DNA from: Candidatus Hodarchaeota archaeon
GTDB taxonomy: Archaea > Asgardarchaeota > Lokiarchaeia > Sigyniarchaeales > SOKP01
Assembly: GCA_048887225.1 (NCBI GenBank)
Contig: JBHLJY010000003.1
Span: forward strand, 168,395-232,394
Direction of reading: 5' to 3'
Length of the DNA: 64,000 nt
Below are positions 63,310 through 64,000 of this stretch, piece by piece. The notes beneath the pieces were generated by a model. It had not been told where the DNA came from and made no database searches. It saw only the letters and a list, made by a program, of their open reading frames with translations. The translations under genes and the position numbers were made by a program. Each line of letters opens with the position of its first letter. Positions within the stretch are counted from its first letter, which is position 1.

Positions 63310-63966
63310 TTACAGATTATTATCTTTTTTTTTAACTCCTTTCCCTTCTTTATTTCGATTATCTATCTTTTCAAGAAACTCTGTCAGGACAACATTATTG
63401 TAAGAGAAAAGCATTCTTGGAGTATATTTTTCAGTTAAATAAGGTCCATCTGGGACTTCCTCTTTTAAAGGAAAAATTTTTTTCTCTTTTATTACAGACC
63501 CCAAATAATTTCTTTCATATTCTCTATAACCGAATAATTGATTTTTAACCAGTACCATTTTCCTTTCATAACCTTCTGGAATTCCTGCTTTTTCTAAAAG
63601 TAAAATTATTTTCTCTCTGGATAATTCCTCAAGTATTTCTAGATCTTCTACAGTTCCAGCATAAGTAGGTCCTTCTACCTGTTCTTTTACCAAATCTGAT
63701 TCTTTTATTATCCCTGCCCTTATTTTGAATCCTGTCATTTCGTTGCCTTCGTCAACAGCCGTTATCTTATATCCTATTCCAAATCTATCTCTAATATTTG
63801 GCGCAATTTTAGCTGCTATAAATTTCATCCTTGTTGTAGTGTTGCTTCCATGCCATAACCATACCCGAAAATGTTCATGGTCAACGAATAACAATATAAA
63901 ATCGGGATCTAATAATTCATATAAAGGAACACCTTCTTCGATTTCTAATTCCTCGAATTCTCCCAA
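63310..63966 (-). CDS. gelsolin-domain protein with extra C-terminal domain (paralog of 10142-11011)
   Basis: 218-aa ORF with a TTG start. The N-terminus is DFILLFVDHEHFRVWLWHGSNTTTRMKFIAAKIAPNIRDRFG (gelsolin-like core). The C-terminus has IPEGYERKMVLVKNQLFGY ... YTPRMLF, matching IPDGYERELIIIGNHAYSV ... YSPRVLS of the paralog. Confidence 0.65.
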   Translation of the reverse strand: MGEFEELEIEEGVPLYELLDPDFILLFVDHEHFRVWLWHGSNTTTRMKFIAAKIAPNIRDRFGIGYKITAVDEGNEMTGFKIRAGIIKESDLVKEQVEGPTYAGTVEDLEILEELSREKIILLLEKAGIPEGYERKMVLVKNQLFGYREYERNYLGSVIKEKKIFPLKEEVPDGPYLTEKYTPRMLFSYNNVVLTEFLEKIDNRNKEGKGVKKKDNNL

Positions 63967-64000
63967 TTGGTCATTAAATTGAAAAACTATAAGTTTTTCT

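Noticed and set aside
6318-63982. Remaining short ORFs in the track that sit antisense inside longer genes. These are 6318-6548, 9121-9447, 10209-10409, 10578-10784, 12078-12401, 13612-13839, 17182-17430, 17882-18184, 18635-18829, 19876-20160, 21541-21732, 25654-25917, 26515-26718, 27617-27826, 31132-31377, 34374-34571, 35758-36106, 37270-37535, 39387-39653, 41114-41362, 44829-45256, 49380-49568, 50547-50810, 52532-52744, 53090-53320, 53501-53683, 55165-55371, 55933-56118, 60054-60236, 61191-61373, 61512-61703, 62304-62489 and 63725-63982.
   Set aside because: Each is nested in or overlaps a longer ORF that has recognisable family motifs or a coherent architecture. None shows a motif of its own.
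1-64000. CRISPR arrays, rRNA genes, transposases or prophage genes
   Set aside because: I scanned the intergenic regions and the ORF list. I saw no regularly spaced direct repeats, no rRNA-like GC-rich blocks, and no transposase, integrase, capsid or terminase motifs.

Overview
This is an AT-rich (about 30% GC by eye, not computed) archaeal chromosomal segment with no rRNA genes, CRISPR array, transposase or integrase. The gene content points to an Asgard (Lokiarchaeia-like) archaeon; this is an inference from protein motifs, since no search was possible.

Two themes dominate.

(1) Eukaryotic-signature-type genes are unusually dense:
- an actin-family protein (4545-5693)
- two gelsolin-domain paralogs (10142-11011, 63310-63966)
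- two stand-alone Roadblock/LC7 proteins (9598-9987, 18499-18876)
- two Roadblock-Ras-like GTPase fusions (14403-15356, 51126-52094)
- a polyproline-vWA protein (7200-9374)
- a TPR-CHAT-like protein lacking the catalytic dyad (2017-4518)
- two tandem membrane proteins with a longin/roadblock-like cytoplasmic domain (57097-59520)

(2) An isoprenoid island covers nearly the whole mevalonate pathway:
- thiolase, HMG-CoA synthase and class II HMG-CoA reductase
- UbiX, a UbiD-type decarboxylase and an aconitase-X-type phosphomevalonate dehydratase (two subunits)
- mevalonate kinase and an isopentenyl-phosphate kinase fused to type-2 IPP isomerase
- GGPP synthase, geranylgeranyl reductase and a cis-prenyltransferase

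Other content:
- two minus-strand tRNAs, one being tRNA-Met(CAT) with two non-canonical introns
- three DNA methyltransferases with no visible nuclease partner
- housekeeping genes (nnr, hisB, hypB, trmO, a citramalate/isopropylmalate synthase)

The most checkable oddities:
- The catalytic N-terminal motif of mevalonate kinase lies between an in-frame TAA of the upstream gene and the first canonical start codon.
- Several other conserved N-termini also sit upstream of any ATG/GTG/TTG.
- The actin-family gene lies in a tight operon with uncharacterised partners.

All domain calls come from reading motifs in the supplied translations. No database search was run.
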